DNA of 63,207 bases, filler included, from Octopus bimaculoides (taxonomy: Eukaryota), in the NCBI RefSeq assembly GCF_001194135.2. It is 8 parts of 8 records of this genome, joined end to end, with 100 filler letters (N's around TTAATTAATTAA, not from the genome) between each part and the next. Parts side by side here need not be neighbours in the genome. Positions count along the whole stretch, not along the records: positions 20,560 to 31,730 come from NC_069008.1; positions 31,831 to 44,606 come from NC_069001.1; 6 more parts are not named here. The stretch is one strand, 5' to 3'. The notes under the pieces are model-generated. The model made no database searches, was not told the DNA's origin, and worked only from the letters and a program-made list of their open reading frames with translations. Made by a program: the position numbers and the translations under genes. This document shows, one piece after another, positions 26,881 to 39,985 of this stretch (the first letter of the stretch is position 1; each line of letters starts with the position of its first letter).

Positions 26881-26997
26881 ACATAAGAGAATCACAAAGG
26901 GTGAGAGATGCCAAACATTTCCTTTGGAATTGCAAGACATTGTATTCAAATTTCATTTTTCAAATCATCAATTGTCACTGGTTTTGCAGCGTAAACC

Positions 26998-27650
26998 TTA
27001 TCTTTGAGNNNNNNNNNNAACGATACCCAATTTTGATATCCTACACCACACTGTAACGCCTGGTAAGTTCAGATGGTGTTCCATAGTAAAATGTGGATTT
27101 CCACGAGCCCAGTATGTGCAATTATGTCGGTTGACTGAACCATTTAACTTGAAGGTGGCCCTCATCGCTCCATAAGATTTTCTCTGGAAACGTTGCATCC
27201 TTTGCGAATTTGTTCAGATACCATTCGCAAAATTGAACTCTCCTAGGTCAGGATCATCTTCATTGCGGGTTTGAATTAATGTTGCAACGTAACTATTCCA
27301 ATGAGTTCGTTTCAACATCCAATGAACACTCGATTTTGCGATTCCTATCTCACGACTCAGTTGTCTTACGAATTTCTTTGGGGATCAGAAAAGGGTTTCC
27401 ATTAATCGGTTATGTCTACTGGGGCTGGTGGATGTTCGTGGTCTTCCAGAGCGTTCCTTACTAACGTTCTGCACAGTTCCGTATGCTTCAAATTTATCTC
27501 TGATGCGAGCAATAGTACGCCGTGTTGGTGGTGTCTTCTGAAACTGCCTGTTAAATTGTCTTTGCATTTCCGTGACATTTTCATGCTTCCAGTAGCACTT
27601 TAATATAATTTTTTTCCCCTCAAACTTTAGTTGTGCATTTGCCATTGTGA
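26998..27650 (-). mobile_element. Decayed IS630-Tc1-mariner transposase
   Basis: HTH-like IILKCYWKHENVTEMQRQF...TRRTIARIRDKFEAYGTV...SGRPRTS; frameshifted [23 protein letters not shown]...VTVWC. Confidence 0.85.
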
Positions 27651-28545
27651 AGGGTTGGTTTCGTCTGAAATAAAACAAAAAAAAAANNNNNNNNNNNNNN
27701 NNNNNNNNNNNNNNNNNNNNNNNNNNNNNNNNNNNNNNNNNNNNNNNNNNNNNNNNNNNNNNNNNNNNNNNNNNNNNNNNNNNNNNNNNNNNNNNNNNNN
27801 NNNNNNNNNNNNNNNNNNNNNNNNNNNNNNNNNNNNNNNNNNNNNNNNNNNNNNNNNNNNNNNNNNNNNNNNNNNNNNNNNNNNNNNNNNNNNNNNNNNN
27901 NNNNNNNNNNNNNNNNNNNNNNNNNNNNNNNNNNNNNNNNNNNNNNNNNNNNNNNNNNNNNNNNNNNNNNNNNNNNNNNNNNNNNNNNNNNNNNNNNNNN
28001 NNNNNNNNNNNNNNNNNNNNNNNNNNNNNNNNNNNNNNNNNNNNNNNNNNNNNNNNNNNNNNNNNNNNNNNNNNNNNNNNNNNNNNNNNNNNNNNNNNNN
28101 NNNNNNNNNNNNNNNNNNNNNNNNNNNNNNNNNNNNNNNNNNNNNNNNNNNNNNNNNNNNNNNNNNNNNNNNNNNNNNNNNNNNNNNNNNNNNNNNNNNN
28201 NNNNNNNNNNNNNNNNNNNNNNNNNNNNNNNNNNNNNNNNNNNNNNNNNNNNNNNNNNNNNNNNNNNNNNNNNNNNNNNNNNNNNNNNNNNNNNNNNNNN
28301 NNNNNNNNNNNNNNNNNNNNNNNNNNNNNNNNNNNNNNNNNNNNNNNNNNNNNNNNNNNNNNNNNNNNNNNNNNNNNNNNNNNNNNNNNNNNNNNNNNNN
28401 NNNNNNNNNNNNNNNNNNNNNNNNNNNNNNNNNNNNNNNNNNNNNNNNNNNNNNNNNNNNNNNNNNNNNNNNNNNNNNNNNNNNNNNNNNNNNNNNNNNN
28501 NNNNNNNNNNNNNNNNNNNNNNNNNNNNNNNNNNNNNNNNNNNNN

Positions 28546-28580
<35 letters not shown>

Positions 28581-30329
28581 CTTTTCATGTACACACACAC
28601 ATAAATATTTAATACGTTTTTCTCTGTCTGTTTGTACATCTATATACATAGAGACTTAGAAACACACACATACATATATATATATATACAAAATATAACT
28701 ATATCTGTGTGTGAAAATACATATATATTTTTAATGTATATGTCAAATATATATAATTGTGTACGTGCGTGTATGCATATATATATATATATCATATGGA
28801 TTTTTTTGTTTGTAATAAAATATGTAATATATATACACACACATATATATATATTCATATATGTATATTTATATATAGATATGTATACACATACACTATA
28901 TATATACTTATCGAAATATGTATAAACACACGCTTAAGTTCATAATCTACAATACTTTACATACCTGGTAATGTCCAAAAACCACCATCACGATCCCATG
29001 ACCACTACCACCACCTTTACCACCGGACGGTTCTTTAAAATTTCCTCTAATTTTCATGTTTCACCCCGCTCCCACCTCTTTTCCCATCCAAACATCACAA
29101 CCCTCACACGTTTTACTTTACCCGCTCTATGCCACCCCCAACACGTCCACCGACTAACCCCCGTCTTGCACACCTACCTACCTACCTACCTTCGAAGACA
29201 TCGCGGCTCGAGAAAGTTCTTACGGAATACATAACATCTTTTTATCTTACCATCAAAAGCTACGGTTCCATTACGTTCTGGAGAATTCTAGAACGATACA
29301 TAGCTTTAACAGAGGACAGAGTTAGATCTAATTTCGAATGAGTCTGTGTATTTTTACGGAAAATGGTTGTGGGGGTGGGGGTGGGGGTGGCGCTAGTTTT
29401 CTGTGTGGTGATGGAATTGGTTTCATAGATATTTGTCATGTGATTAGACCAACCAATATGGCATTTAAATTTCATCTTCATTATGTATGTACGTGTTTTA
29501 ATATATATGTATATATATATAATATACATATGTACATACACACACGCATAAATATATATATACATTCACAGAGAAAGGCGGTGCTCAAGCATGGCCAGTC
29601 AAATGACTGAAACAAGTAAAAGAAAGAAAAGAAAAAATACACACACACACACACATATATATATCCAATCACATAGAAAGACATATATACACACATGCAC
29701 ATATACGTACACATATATACATAAATGTACATACATTTATATATATATGCTCTCATAATTATATATGCATACACATAGTTGTATACGTATAAAAGTGTAA
29801 ATGTGAGTATGCGCACGTGTGTGTGTGTATATATGTGCCTGTGGTTGTATGTGTCTTTATATACATATATATATATATATATATATANNNNNNNNNNNNN
29901 NNNNNNNNNNNNNNNNNNNNNNNNNNNNNNNNNNNNNNNNNNNNNNNNNNNNNNNNATCTTGATATAATTTGCATTATTTGTATTTTTGTTTATTAGTGT
30001 ATTTCTTTCAATTGTAACGTTTTCGAAGCTAAGTCTTCGTGTGAGACCGGTTGAATTCCAGCGGGATAACATCTTGGAGAATAAGAACTGGGCGTAATGA
30101 TCAGTGATGAGAAGGGAATGGAAATGGGTGGGCATGGTTGGATATTGGGTGTATAAAATGTGAATGTGTGTGTGAAGAGGATAGGAATGAAACGAGTGTG
30201 CCGGAGCGGAGGATTGAACCACGATATCAGCCTGTCCGCTAGCCANNNNNNNNNNGAGCGGAGGATTGAACCACGATATCAGCCTGTCCGCTAGCCAGCT
30301 AGTTAGCTAGCTTCGAAGAACTGCGATCA

Positions 30330-31170
30330 TTGTGAAAGAAATGCGAGTGACAGAGTAGTTTAGACCGAGATTAGGTAAGAAAGAGTGTAGGTTAGATTAA
30401 ATAGATTGATCGATTAGATTGGATTAGTTAGGTGTACGGACGGATGGATCGAAATACGGTAGATGGATGGACAGAAGGATAGATTGATAAATAAATCTAT
30501 AAATGGATAGGTGGATTAACGGATAGATGGATCGATCGATAGAGTAATAGATCGATAGATGGGTGGATTAACAGATAGATGTATTGATCGATAGAGTAAT
30601 AGGTGGATAGATAGATGGATCCATAAATAACTAGACTCATGGATGGATTGAAGGATTGATCGATAAATAGATTTACAAATAGATGGGTGGATTAACGGAT
30701 AGATGGATGAATGGATAAAGAACGTTGATGGACAGAAAGATAGATCGATAAATAAATCGATAAATGGGTAGATTAACGGATAGATGGATGGATGAATGGA
30801 TAAGCAGACACCTGGATGAATTGATGGGCGGATTGAAGGATAGATCGATAAGTAGATCTATAAATTATTAGTGGATTAACGGATAGATGGATGAAGGAAT
30901 GGATAAATAGCACCATGAATGATCTGATAGATGAATTAAAAGTTTGATCGATAGACGGTTGAATGAATGGTTATGTAGATAGACAGACAAATTGAAGGAT
31001 AGATTAACAAATGGATTACTGGATAGATAGATAGACCAATAAATAGATGGATAGGTTAGATAGATGACTATGGATAGATAAACACCGAAGCATAGATGAA
31101 TGGGCATATCAGATTACATTGATTAGATTAGGTGGATGAAATTAGAAAGATGAGATTAGTCAGGATTAGA
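30330..31170. repeat. Degenerate GATA/GGAT satellite-like tract
   Basis: Recurrent GGATTAACGGATAGATGGAT and ATCGAT motifs. Confidence 0.85.
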
Positions 31171-31627
31171 TTAACTTGGATCCAATTAATCCTTTTGCAT
31201 TTAAATTGACCATATCCACCTCAAATGTTCTGCTTGTTTTTATATTCAGACTACCCAGATCCAGCCTCTCACACCTACCCAACAATTTCATTCTAAGAAG
31301 TAAACAATCCCATCATCGAAATCTCAAACCTATGAGATAATGCAGATTAATTCAAAACATTATAGAGTAATCTAACTGTTGGAGGGTTAGAGGGGATTAG
31401 AATATATATATATATGAGATAAAAGAGCAGATTATAGGCCGGTAGGCTGAAGATTAAAAGATGTTGGTAAACCACTTCATAGGAATTAGTCGGGTGGATT
31501 CATTTTAATCTCTACCGTTATTGTATTTTATGGATTGAGATCTCGTCCGGGATGTGAAAAGCTTGCTTAAGATACCGTATCAATAGGGCCGGATTAAAAC
31601 CCATAGAGGCCCTAAGCACTCAAAAGA

Positions 31628-31658
<31 letters not shown>

Positions 31659-31687
31659 ATGCATACATAGGCCTATACGCATACTTG

Positions 31688-31718
<31 letters not shown>

Positions 31719-31830
31719 CCACATATATATNNNNNNNNNNNNNNNNNNNNNNNNNNNNNNNNNNNNNNNNNNNNTTAATTAATTAANNNNNNNNNNNNNN
31801 NNNNNNNNNNNNNNNNNNNNNNNNNNNNNN

Positions 31831-31881
<51 letters not shown>

Positions 31882-32199
31882 ATAAATGTATGTATGTATG
31901 TGGTAATAATTAGCAGTGTGTATGTGTGTGTGTGTGTGTGTTTTTTTCATGCTGTAATTGTTTTAGTTTCAACACATGATCTCAGATCAAATCACTTACC
32001 AGGCAAATACATCTCTGAAAATTTCTTCATTCTTCAACATGATGTGTTGGACAGATTTGAAAAATTTTCAATCAGTTTTATTAAACATAGCAATTTGTAC
32101 GCCATTTTTTGTTGCTTTTCACAGCTTCCCCCGTCCTCTTTGAGAAAGACTGGCCCAAAAGTAAGGGTATTGGGTTCAGTATCATAAAGTAGGGCGTTT

Positions 32200-33260
32200 G
32201 ATTCCCAGACTAAGTAGCGTATTGTATCCTTTATAAATCAGCTTTCTTTCTCTTTCCACGTTACACCTGTCCACTCAGCTAAAAAGGACTACTGCTCTAT
32301 CTTCTATTGTGTCTGAGTCCTCCATAATCTGTCTGAGTGCCGTGTCTTCTATGTATCGGTAAGATCATAACACCTATGTTGTCAGCTGAGCTTCCATATT
32401 CTAATTGAATATGTTCGTAAGGCATTGACGAGTTTTTTCTCCTCCTTGAGCTCCCACCAGTGTTCACTTATCCGCTCACCTATGCTACGTGCAGTCTCTT
32501 CAATGTGCATCACCGTTCTGTTTCTACACCATCCCTCTGTACACATGCTAACGACTACGTTCCTAGTTTTACAGTTTATCTGTGGGTTTGCTCTACACAC
32601 TAATCAGGAATTTTATGGGGGGGGGGGGCTCCCCGGTCTTTCTACTATTTTAATCCGTAGATTCATCTTACCTAAGGTTTTCTTAAAAAGATATGCAAGT
32701 TCGTTTCCAGGGGTAGGATCGACAAACATGACGCTGGTATTTTTGGTTGAAATACCATAGTTGGAGTGACCTATCTTCTTAGTTCTTTGTACGCCATTCC
32801 AGAATTTACTCCGGTATAACGGGCAGATCCCATTAGCATCATTCTCTATGATGGTCTTGTATTCTGCCTTGGTTCTTTTGTATTCTCTGATCTTGTTTCT
32901 TTGGCTGTATCCAGAGAAACGAATGCAGAAGACGAAGTGTTGTAAGTGTCTCTGTAATTCTGTTGGGTCGTACATACAGGACACGTTTCTCATCACTCTT
33001 ATCAAGTCCGCTATTAAGGAATTGAATTTGATATTGTTGCATTGCGGTGGATCAGGTATTTGGAGGCCATGGGTTTGGCATAGTGGGAATGGAGGATTTG
33101 GACCTTATTATTCCTAGTCTCCAATCAGAGTTCTGTATCTAAAACAGATGGTCTGTAGTTAGAGTGCTTACTAGGGTAATCTCTTGGAACATTAATACTC
33201 TTGTGGATGGAGCTAGCTATTTGCTGGATGTTTTCCATGGTGTTAGCTTCTAGTTCGTAG
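32200..33260 (-). mobile_element. Decayed Penelope-like element (RT C-terminus + GIY-YIG)
   Basis: IASSIHKSI...DYPSKH, HYAKPMAS, SGYSQ, PLYRSK, VMFVDPTP, IKIVERPG, CKTRNVV...IEETARSIGERISEH. Confidence 0.75.
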
Positions 33261-33289
33261 ACATTGTCTTTTAGTGGTGTTAATATACA

Positions 33290-33800
33290 CACGGTTTTAA
33301 ACTTACACAAAATTTTAAGCAATATACACTGTGAATTCTACATTGTCTTTTAAATGTACAACTTTTAAACGTATATAATGTTTTAAGCATATAGGCTCTT
33401 TTAAGCAACCAAACTATTTTATGTGTTGTCCCCTCTATGTTGGCCCCTTGTGGGTAATAAAGAAAACAAACTATTTTAAATACGTACATAGTTTTAAACG
33501 TATAAATTGTTTTAAACATACATAGTTTTAAATGTATATGTACTTTTTTAACATATATGAAATTTTGAATTTAGTTCACGGACCGACCAGTACTATCTTT
33601 GTGGACCCCATGTTGGGAACCACTGTTTTAAGCAATATACGCAGTACTTTAAATATACAGTTTTTAAACATACGTAGTTTTAAACGTAGTGGTTTAAACT
33701 TACACAATTTTAAACATACGCAGTGTTTAGATATATAATATAAACTGTTTTAAAGATAAACTGTATTTTAAGTATACACTTTGTTTTAAACAAACGTAGT
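33290..33800. repeat. Degenerate AT-rich minisatellite (GTTTTAAACATACGTA-like units)
   Basis: Many imperfect copies of TTTTAAAC(A/G)TA. Confidence 0.7.
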
Positions 33801-34687
33801 TTTGAACAGACGCACTTTTAAATATATACGGTGTAATAATTTTCTTTGCTATATAGGGAGTCATTTCTCCTAACGTTTCTATTGATATATTTAATTTTTT
33901 TCTCCACCAAAACATTTTCACATTTATCCTTTCTTCAAACAATAACAAGATTTACACTAATGTAAAAATAAAATAAAATCAAATAAATTGCCGTTATTAT
34001 TTCCACGTCAAGTGATGGCGTCGATTAAATCGATTGTACCCTCTCCCCAGGGTGTGTGATATTCGTGTCTGTGTGAGAAATTATTATTAATTGTTATAAT
34101 AAATTAGACAGCTTTAACTGTGTATTCATTATATTTATTGTCTGCTGATCTAGTTCACTAGTCAACCGAAAGAGATATATTTGTAACAATTATATTCATT
34201 TGTTTCGTCTGAACAACTACAAAGATGGCACAATCAAATGTCAATCGCCATTTTATTTTTCGTTTTTCTAATTATCATTTGAATAAGTTTCTTGGTTACT
34301 ACAAGACAAATTGTCTATTTAATTCGTTCAATCTTCTAACATAAACTATATTTAATTCGTTCAGTCGTCTGATGTAAACTATCTTCTAAGCCAGAATAAT
34401 TTCCGATGTGTTCATATATATTTCGTAAGCACTGTAGAAAGTGACTAACCCACAAATAGAGTGAGTGGCAGTAGATGAATTAAAATGAGAGTCGATCACT
34501 CACCCTATCAGTAGCTAAAACGATTTTTGTATTAGTTGCAAAGGTTAAACACTGCTCTCTCTCTCCCTCACACTCTCTGTTTATCTATATCTCATTCATG
34601 CACACACGCGCGCGCACATTGATGTGTATGTGTTTACACACATATATACACATGCACACGCAAAATATATAAACACACACTTCCTAC

Positions 34688-34719
<32 letters not shown>

Positions 34720-34721
<2 letters not shown>

Positions 34722-35112
34722 CGCAGGCATGGCTGTGTGTTTAAGAAGCTTGCTTCCCATGGTTCCGGGTTCAAACTCTCTGCATGGCACCTTAGGCAAG
34801 TGACCTCCACAATAGCTTCAGGTCGACCAAAGCCTTGTGAATGGATTCATACTGTTTTGGAATGGTTTCACGAGCAGGCTGTTCCCTTGATCAGATCAAC
34901 TGGAACCCTCATCATTGTAACTGACGGAGTGTCAGTATACAGGATGCCATATATATATAAACAGGCTTCCACAAAGTTTCATCTACTAAATTTACTCACA
35001 AGACATTAATTGGCCTAGAGCTATAGGAGAAGTCATTTGGCCAAGGTGCCATACTGTGGGACTGAACCTGAAACCATGTGATTGCAAAGTGAGCTTCTTG
35101 ACCACGCAACCA
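34720..35112. mobile_element. Tail-to-tail inverted pair of CORE-like SINEs upstream of the first detected C3 exon
   Basis: Plus copy GGCGCAGGCATGGCTGTGTG...CCTTAGGCAAGT; minus copy about 34960-35112. Confidence 0.75.
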
Positions 35113-35250
35113 AGAAAAAAGTACAGAATAATAATTTTTGATTAAAATATTTTTGTGTGTTCAAGAGATTTTTTAAAATTAAATCTTTGAATCTATTTTA
35201 ATTGTATTAAAGAACTTATTATAATTGATAAACACCATTCTTATCCACAG

Positions 35251-35417
35251 ACAACAGAAAGTTCTCATTGTGACACCACAGAAATTCCGATGCAACGAAG
35301 AAGAAACTGTCATGATCAACCCTTTCACTGCTTATACAAGGACCGCTTTCCGGATTACTTTGAAACATTCCATCCATGGAAATATCATTTATGATAATAC
35401 AATTTATGCTTCAAAAT
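35251..35417 (+). CDS. C3: Complement C3-like thioester-family gene, exon A (MG1 start)
   Basis: ccacag|...|gtaagt; QQKVLIVTPQKFRCNEEETVMIN...; enters in phase 2 and exits in phase 1, matching exon B. Confidence 0.8.
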
Positions 35418-35919
35418 GTAAGTTTTCTTTTACTTGTTTCAGTCATTTGATTGCGGCCATGCTGGAACACCACCTTTAGTCGAAGAAATTGACACCAGGA
35501 CTTATTCTTTGTAAGCCTAATATTTATTCTGTTGGTCTCTTTTGCTGAGCCGCTACGTTACGGGGACATAAACACACCAACATCAGTTGTCAAGCGATGA
35601 TGGGGGACAAAAACAGACTCACAAACATATATATATACACAATGTGCTTCTTTCCGTTTTCGTCTACGAAATCCACTCACAAGGCTTTGGTTGGCCCAAG
35701 GCTATATTTTAATTTGCATCTATCATTCGCATCTTGCCTGTTTGTGGTGTGGCCAGTGCCACCTGACTGGCATCCATGCAGGTGGCATAAAAAGCACCAT
35801 TCAAGCATGGCCGATGCTAGTGCCAGCTCACTGGCATCCGTGCCAGTGGCAGGTAAAAAGCACCATTCGAGTGTGGCCGATGCCAGTGACAGGTAAAAAG
35901 CACCCACTATAGTCTCAGG

Positions 35920-36063
35920 GTGGTTGGCATTAGGAAGAGCATCCAGTTGTAGAAAACTTGCCAAATCATATTGGAGCCTGGTGCAGCCTCCTGGCTTGCC
36001 CGTCCTTGGTCAAACTATCCAGCCCATACCAGCATGGAAAGTGGCCGTTAAACGATGATGATG

Positions 36064-36099
<36 letters not shown>

Positions 36100-36248
36100 G
36101 TATGTGTATCATCATCATCGTTTAACGTCCGCTTTCCATGCTAGCATGGGTTGGACGATTTGACTGAGGACTGGTGAAACCGGATGGCAACACCAGGCTC
36201 CAGTCTGATTTGGCAGAGTTTCTACAGCTGGATGCCCTTCCTAACGCC
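35920..36248. mobile_element. Two RTE 3' tails in inverted orientation around a (TA)n/(CAT)n tract
   Basis: Plus ...CAGCATGGAAAGTGGCCGTTAAACGATGATG (to 36065); minus CATCATCATCGTTTAACGTCCGCTTTCCATGC... (36109-36248). Confidence 0.8.
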
Positions 36249-36319
36249 NNNNNNNNNNNNNNNNNNNNNNNNNNNNNNNNNNNNNNNNNNNNNTATATAT
36301 ATATATGTATATATATATG

Positions 36320-36368
<49 letters not shown>

Positions 36369-36674
36369 TGGATTCATTAGAATCTAGGTATATAATATGT
36401 AGGATGCCAAGAATATGAACACGTTGGACGCTACTTGTTTCAGCATGGTAGTTGGTGAATTGGTCATTTTCTGCTTCTATTTCACCTGTTTATGCGTTTA
36501 AAATTTACCTGATGATCGCAGGCTTTTTGCTATGACATAATTTAAGAATGCATCGATAAAGTGCTGCCAAGAGTTTTGAACCCCACTTGTGTTCTTCTTA
36601 TATATTTATATGTATGTGTGTGTGTTAGGAATTGATATATAGTACAAAAATTCCTGTAATTTTTCTTTTTTCAG

Positions 36675-36884
36675 CTTCTCCAAGATATGTGCAAATAATG
36701 GTCAAGCTGTCCGACCTCTTAAATCGTTTGGGATCATCCTCCGATACTGGCGAAGAAGAACATTCTGTTGTGCTATCAGTCACTTCAAAAGGGTTTTCTG
36801 AGAAAAAAGAGATTCCAGTCTCAATGAAGAGTGGCCATATTTTCATCCAAACCTCAAAGCCAATTTATAACCCAGGGCAGACAG
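36675..36884 (+). CDS. C3: C3-like exon B (MG1 end/MG2 start)
   Basis: tttttcag|...|gtgagt; SGHIFIQTSKPIYNPGQT matches the A2M/C3 family FIQTDKPIYxPGQTV motif; 210 nt, phase 1 to 1. Confidence 0.95.
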
Positions 36885-37975
36885 GTGAGTAAATAATGTA
36901 TATATTTGTGGGTGAATGTATGGTGTGAATGAATGAATGAAAATATAGAGTAGTTAATGGAGCACTCCATCGGTTATGATGCTGAGGGTCCCAGCTGATA
37001 CGATCAACAGAACAGCTTGCTCGTGAAATTAACATGCAAGTGGCTGAGCAATCCACAGACACGTGTACCCCTAACACAGTTCTCAGAGAATTGTTTCAAA
37101 TTTTGGCATGTGGATTGCAAAGTCAAAGGAAGAGTAAGTCAATAACATTAATCCCAATGAAACAATTCTTATTATTATTATGAAGGGGGTGAGTTGGCCA
37201 AATCATTAGCACACAGGGCAAAATGCTTAGTGGTATTTCATCTGTCCTTACATTCTGATTTCAAATTGCACAGAGGTTGCTTTTGTCTTTTATCCTCTTG
37301 GGGTTGCTGTAATTGAGTAGTCCCCACCCCACAAATTTCAGGTCTTGTCCTTATAGTAGTAGAAAGGATTATTATTATTATTATTATTATGTTTATTAGT
37401 AATTGTAAGGCGGTGAGCTGGCAGAATAGTTAGCATGCCAGGCGAAATGCTTAGCAGTATTCTGTTTGCCATTATGTTTTGAGTCCAAGTTCCACCGAGG
37501 TCAACTTTGCCTTTCAACCTTTCGGGGGTCAATGAAATAAGTACCAGTTATGCACTGGGGTCAATGTAATTGACTAGCCCCCTTCCCCCAAAACTTTTCA
37601 ATGCCTTGTGCCTAGAGTAGAAATAATCATTATTAGCATCTGTTAAAGTAACAAGCTGGTAGAATCATGAGCATGTTAGACAAATGCTTAACCACATTTC
37701 TTCGGACTCTTTACATTCTTGACTCAAATTCTGCCAAAGGTCAACTTTGCCTTTCACCATTCCAAGGTTGATAAAATAAAGTAGCAGTGAAGTACAGGAG
37801 TTGGTGTAATCAACCAATCATTTCTCCCTAAAATAAAAGTGATGGCCTTCTGCCAAAATTTTAAACCGTTTTTAATAGCTGTTATATATCAAGGGGTGAT
37901 GTTGTTATATTGTTGAACATTACATTCACATCTTGAGATTTTAAAGAATTCAAAGAAGTCTCTCTTTTCCAACAG

Positions 37976-38046
37976 TTAGAATTCGGATTGTCACTCTCAA
38001 TGAAGATATGTTACCAACAAAATTTCCAGTATCATTTAGTATCCAA
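37976..38046 (+). CDS. C3: C3-like exon C (MG2)
   Basis: ccaacag|...|gtaagt; VRIRIVTLNEDMLPTKFPVSFSIQ; 71 nt, phase 1 to 0. Confidence 0.9.
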
Positions 38047-38158
38047 GTAAGTTCTGCTTAGTTTCTTTACTCTCAAATATCTATACTCAGACACATACAC
38101 ATATGCACTTGCGCATATATATCTGAGTNNNNNNNNNNTATACATATATATTTGTATA

Positions 38159-38328
38159 TTAAGGCTACCATTGGTTTCATGTTAAGAAAAATATTTTAAT
38201 GTCCAAACAGTTTTTCAAGTCGATCACATGGAGGAATGGTGTTCGCCTCCATTTTGGATCAGCTTGAAAGATTTTTAAGATGTTAACATATTTTTCTTCA
38301 CATGAAACCAAACCAATGGTAGCCTTAA
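38159..38328. mobile_element. ~170-bp palindromic MITE (TTAA or TA target site)
   Basis: TATTAAGGCTACCATTGGTTT...AAACCAATGGTAGCCTTAATA. Confidence 0.85.
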
Positions 38329-38533
38329 TACACAAATAAAGAAATTATATCAACCACTGCAGTGTTGAGCACTCATTCTCATCATTTGACATTTACATGT
38401 ATGTATATATATATATATATATTTGTACATATAAATTGTACATATAAAGAGGAAGGCCTGGATACTGGGAGCTGAAAAAGTAAAGATCCAACTGGATAGA
38501 AGTAGAAAAGACAACCCAGATTTGAGATAAATT

Positions 38534-39020
38534 AGAGAAAAGTTGTCACTGGCCTATGCTCCATATGAAGCGAAGGGCTTTTGCAAGTTTGGAAAAAGAA
38601 GGTTTGCATGTATGGGCAACTGCCAGTGTTCCTCAAAAGAACTTGCTCAAGCTTGTAGATATGGATGTAGATACATAACCAATTCTGACCAATAGAAGCC
38701 ATGGATTTGATAAAATTAATCCATTTCATTTACATCTTATTTCTAATAAGTTTCATCATCATCATCATCAGCAGCAGCAGCATCAGAGAAGTTGTCACTG
38801 GTCTATCCTCTGTAGGAAGCGAAGGGCTTTCGCAAGTTTGGAGAAGGAAGATTTGCATGCATGGAAAACTGTCAGTGTTACTGAAAAAAAAACCTTGCTC
38901 AAGCTTATACATATAGATTTAGATATATGACCGAAACTCTGATCAACGGAAGCCCTACATTTGATAAAATTAACCAAACCTCATTTACATATTATTTTTG
39001 ATAAGTTTCATCATCATCAT
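38534..39020. repeat. Two diverged tandem ~250-bp units ending in (CAT)n
   Basis: 38534-38770 and 38785-39020 share AAGTTGTCACTGG, GAAGCGAAGGGCTT, TTGCTCAAGCTT, TTTGATAAAATTAA. Confidence 0.85.
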
Positions 39021-39297
39021 TAAAAGCCTGTTTTCCATGCTGGCATAGGTTGCATGGTTTGACAGGAGCTGGTAAGCCAGAGGACTGCACCAAGGCTTCA
39101 CTGTCTGTTTTGGCATGGATTTTACAGCTGGATGCTCTTCCAAATGCCAACCACTTCACAGAGTAATTTCAAAACTCCAAGAAACAAAAATCATAATTTC
39201 CATTCTCTCTTCTTTCCCTGTATGAGACACATATTCCTCTCAAACCTTTCAAAAAGTTTCATGTTTTTCTGTTTTACTTTTATTTATATATTTTCAG

Positions 39298-39426
39298 AAT
39301 CCAAGCAAGTTGATTCTATATTCGTGCAAATTCCCAGGTGACAGTCCATTCATTAATGCATCATATGAACTCACACAACAGTCCCCTATTGGGAACTGGA
39401 CGGTTTTGGCAGAATATTCAAATGGG
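39298..39426 (+). CDS. C3: C3-like exon D (MG2)
   Basis: ttttcag|...|gtaaga; NPSKLILY...YELTQQSPIGNWTVLAEYSNG; 129 nt, phase 0 to 0. Confidence 0.92.
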
Positions 39427-39949
39427 GTAAGATTATTTGAGGCTTTTGTTTTCTTTTGCTGGGGTGAGGTGGATTTTGTGTTCTTTTATTTACTGCAGTC
39501 ATTTGACTGCGGCCATGCTGGAGCACCGCCTTAAAGGGGTTTAGTCGAAATTAACCCCAGGGTATACTCTTTGTAAGGCTAGTACTTATTCTATCGGTCT
39601 CTTTTTGCCGAACCACTAAATTATGGGGACATAAACACACCAACATTGGTTTTCTAACGATACAGACACATACACATAAATATATGCATACACACACACA
39701 CACACACACACACACATATGACAGGCTTCTGTCATATATATAGAGACTATAGTAGAAGACACTTGACCAAGGTGCCATGCAGTGGGACTGAACCCAGAAC
39801 CATGTGGTTGGGAATTAAACTTCATACCACACAACCATGCCATGCACTTTTTCCTTTTTTTTTACACACAGATATATATATATATATATATATATANNNN
39901 NNNNNNNNNNNNNNNNNNNNNNNNNNNNNNNNNNNNNNNNNNNNNNNNN

Positions 39950-39985
<36 letters not shown>

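Noticed and set aside
34225-34300. C3 signal-peptide exon (MSIAILFFVFLIII)
   Set aside because: In-frame TGA follows and there is no phase-2 GT donor compatible with exon A.
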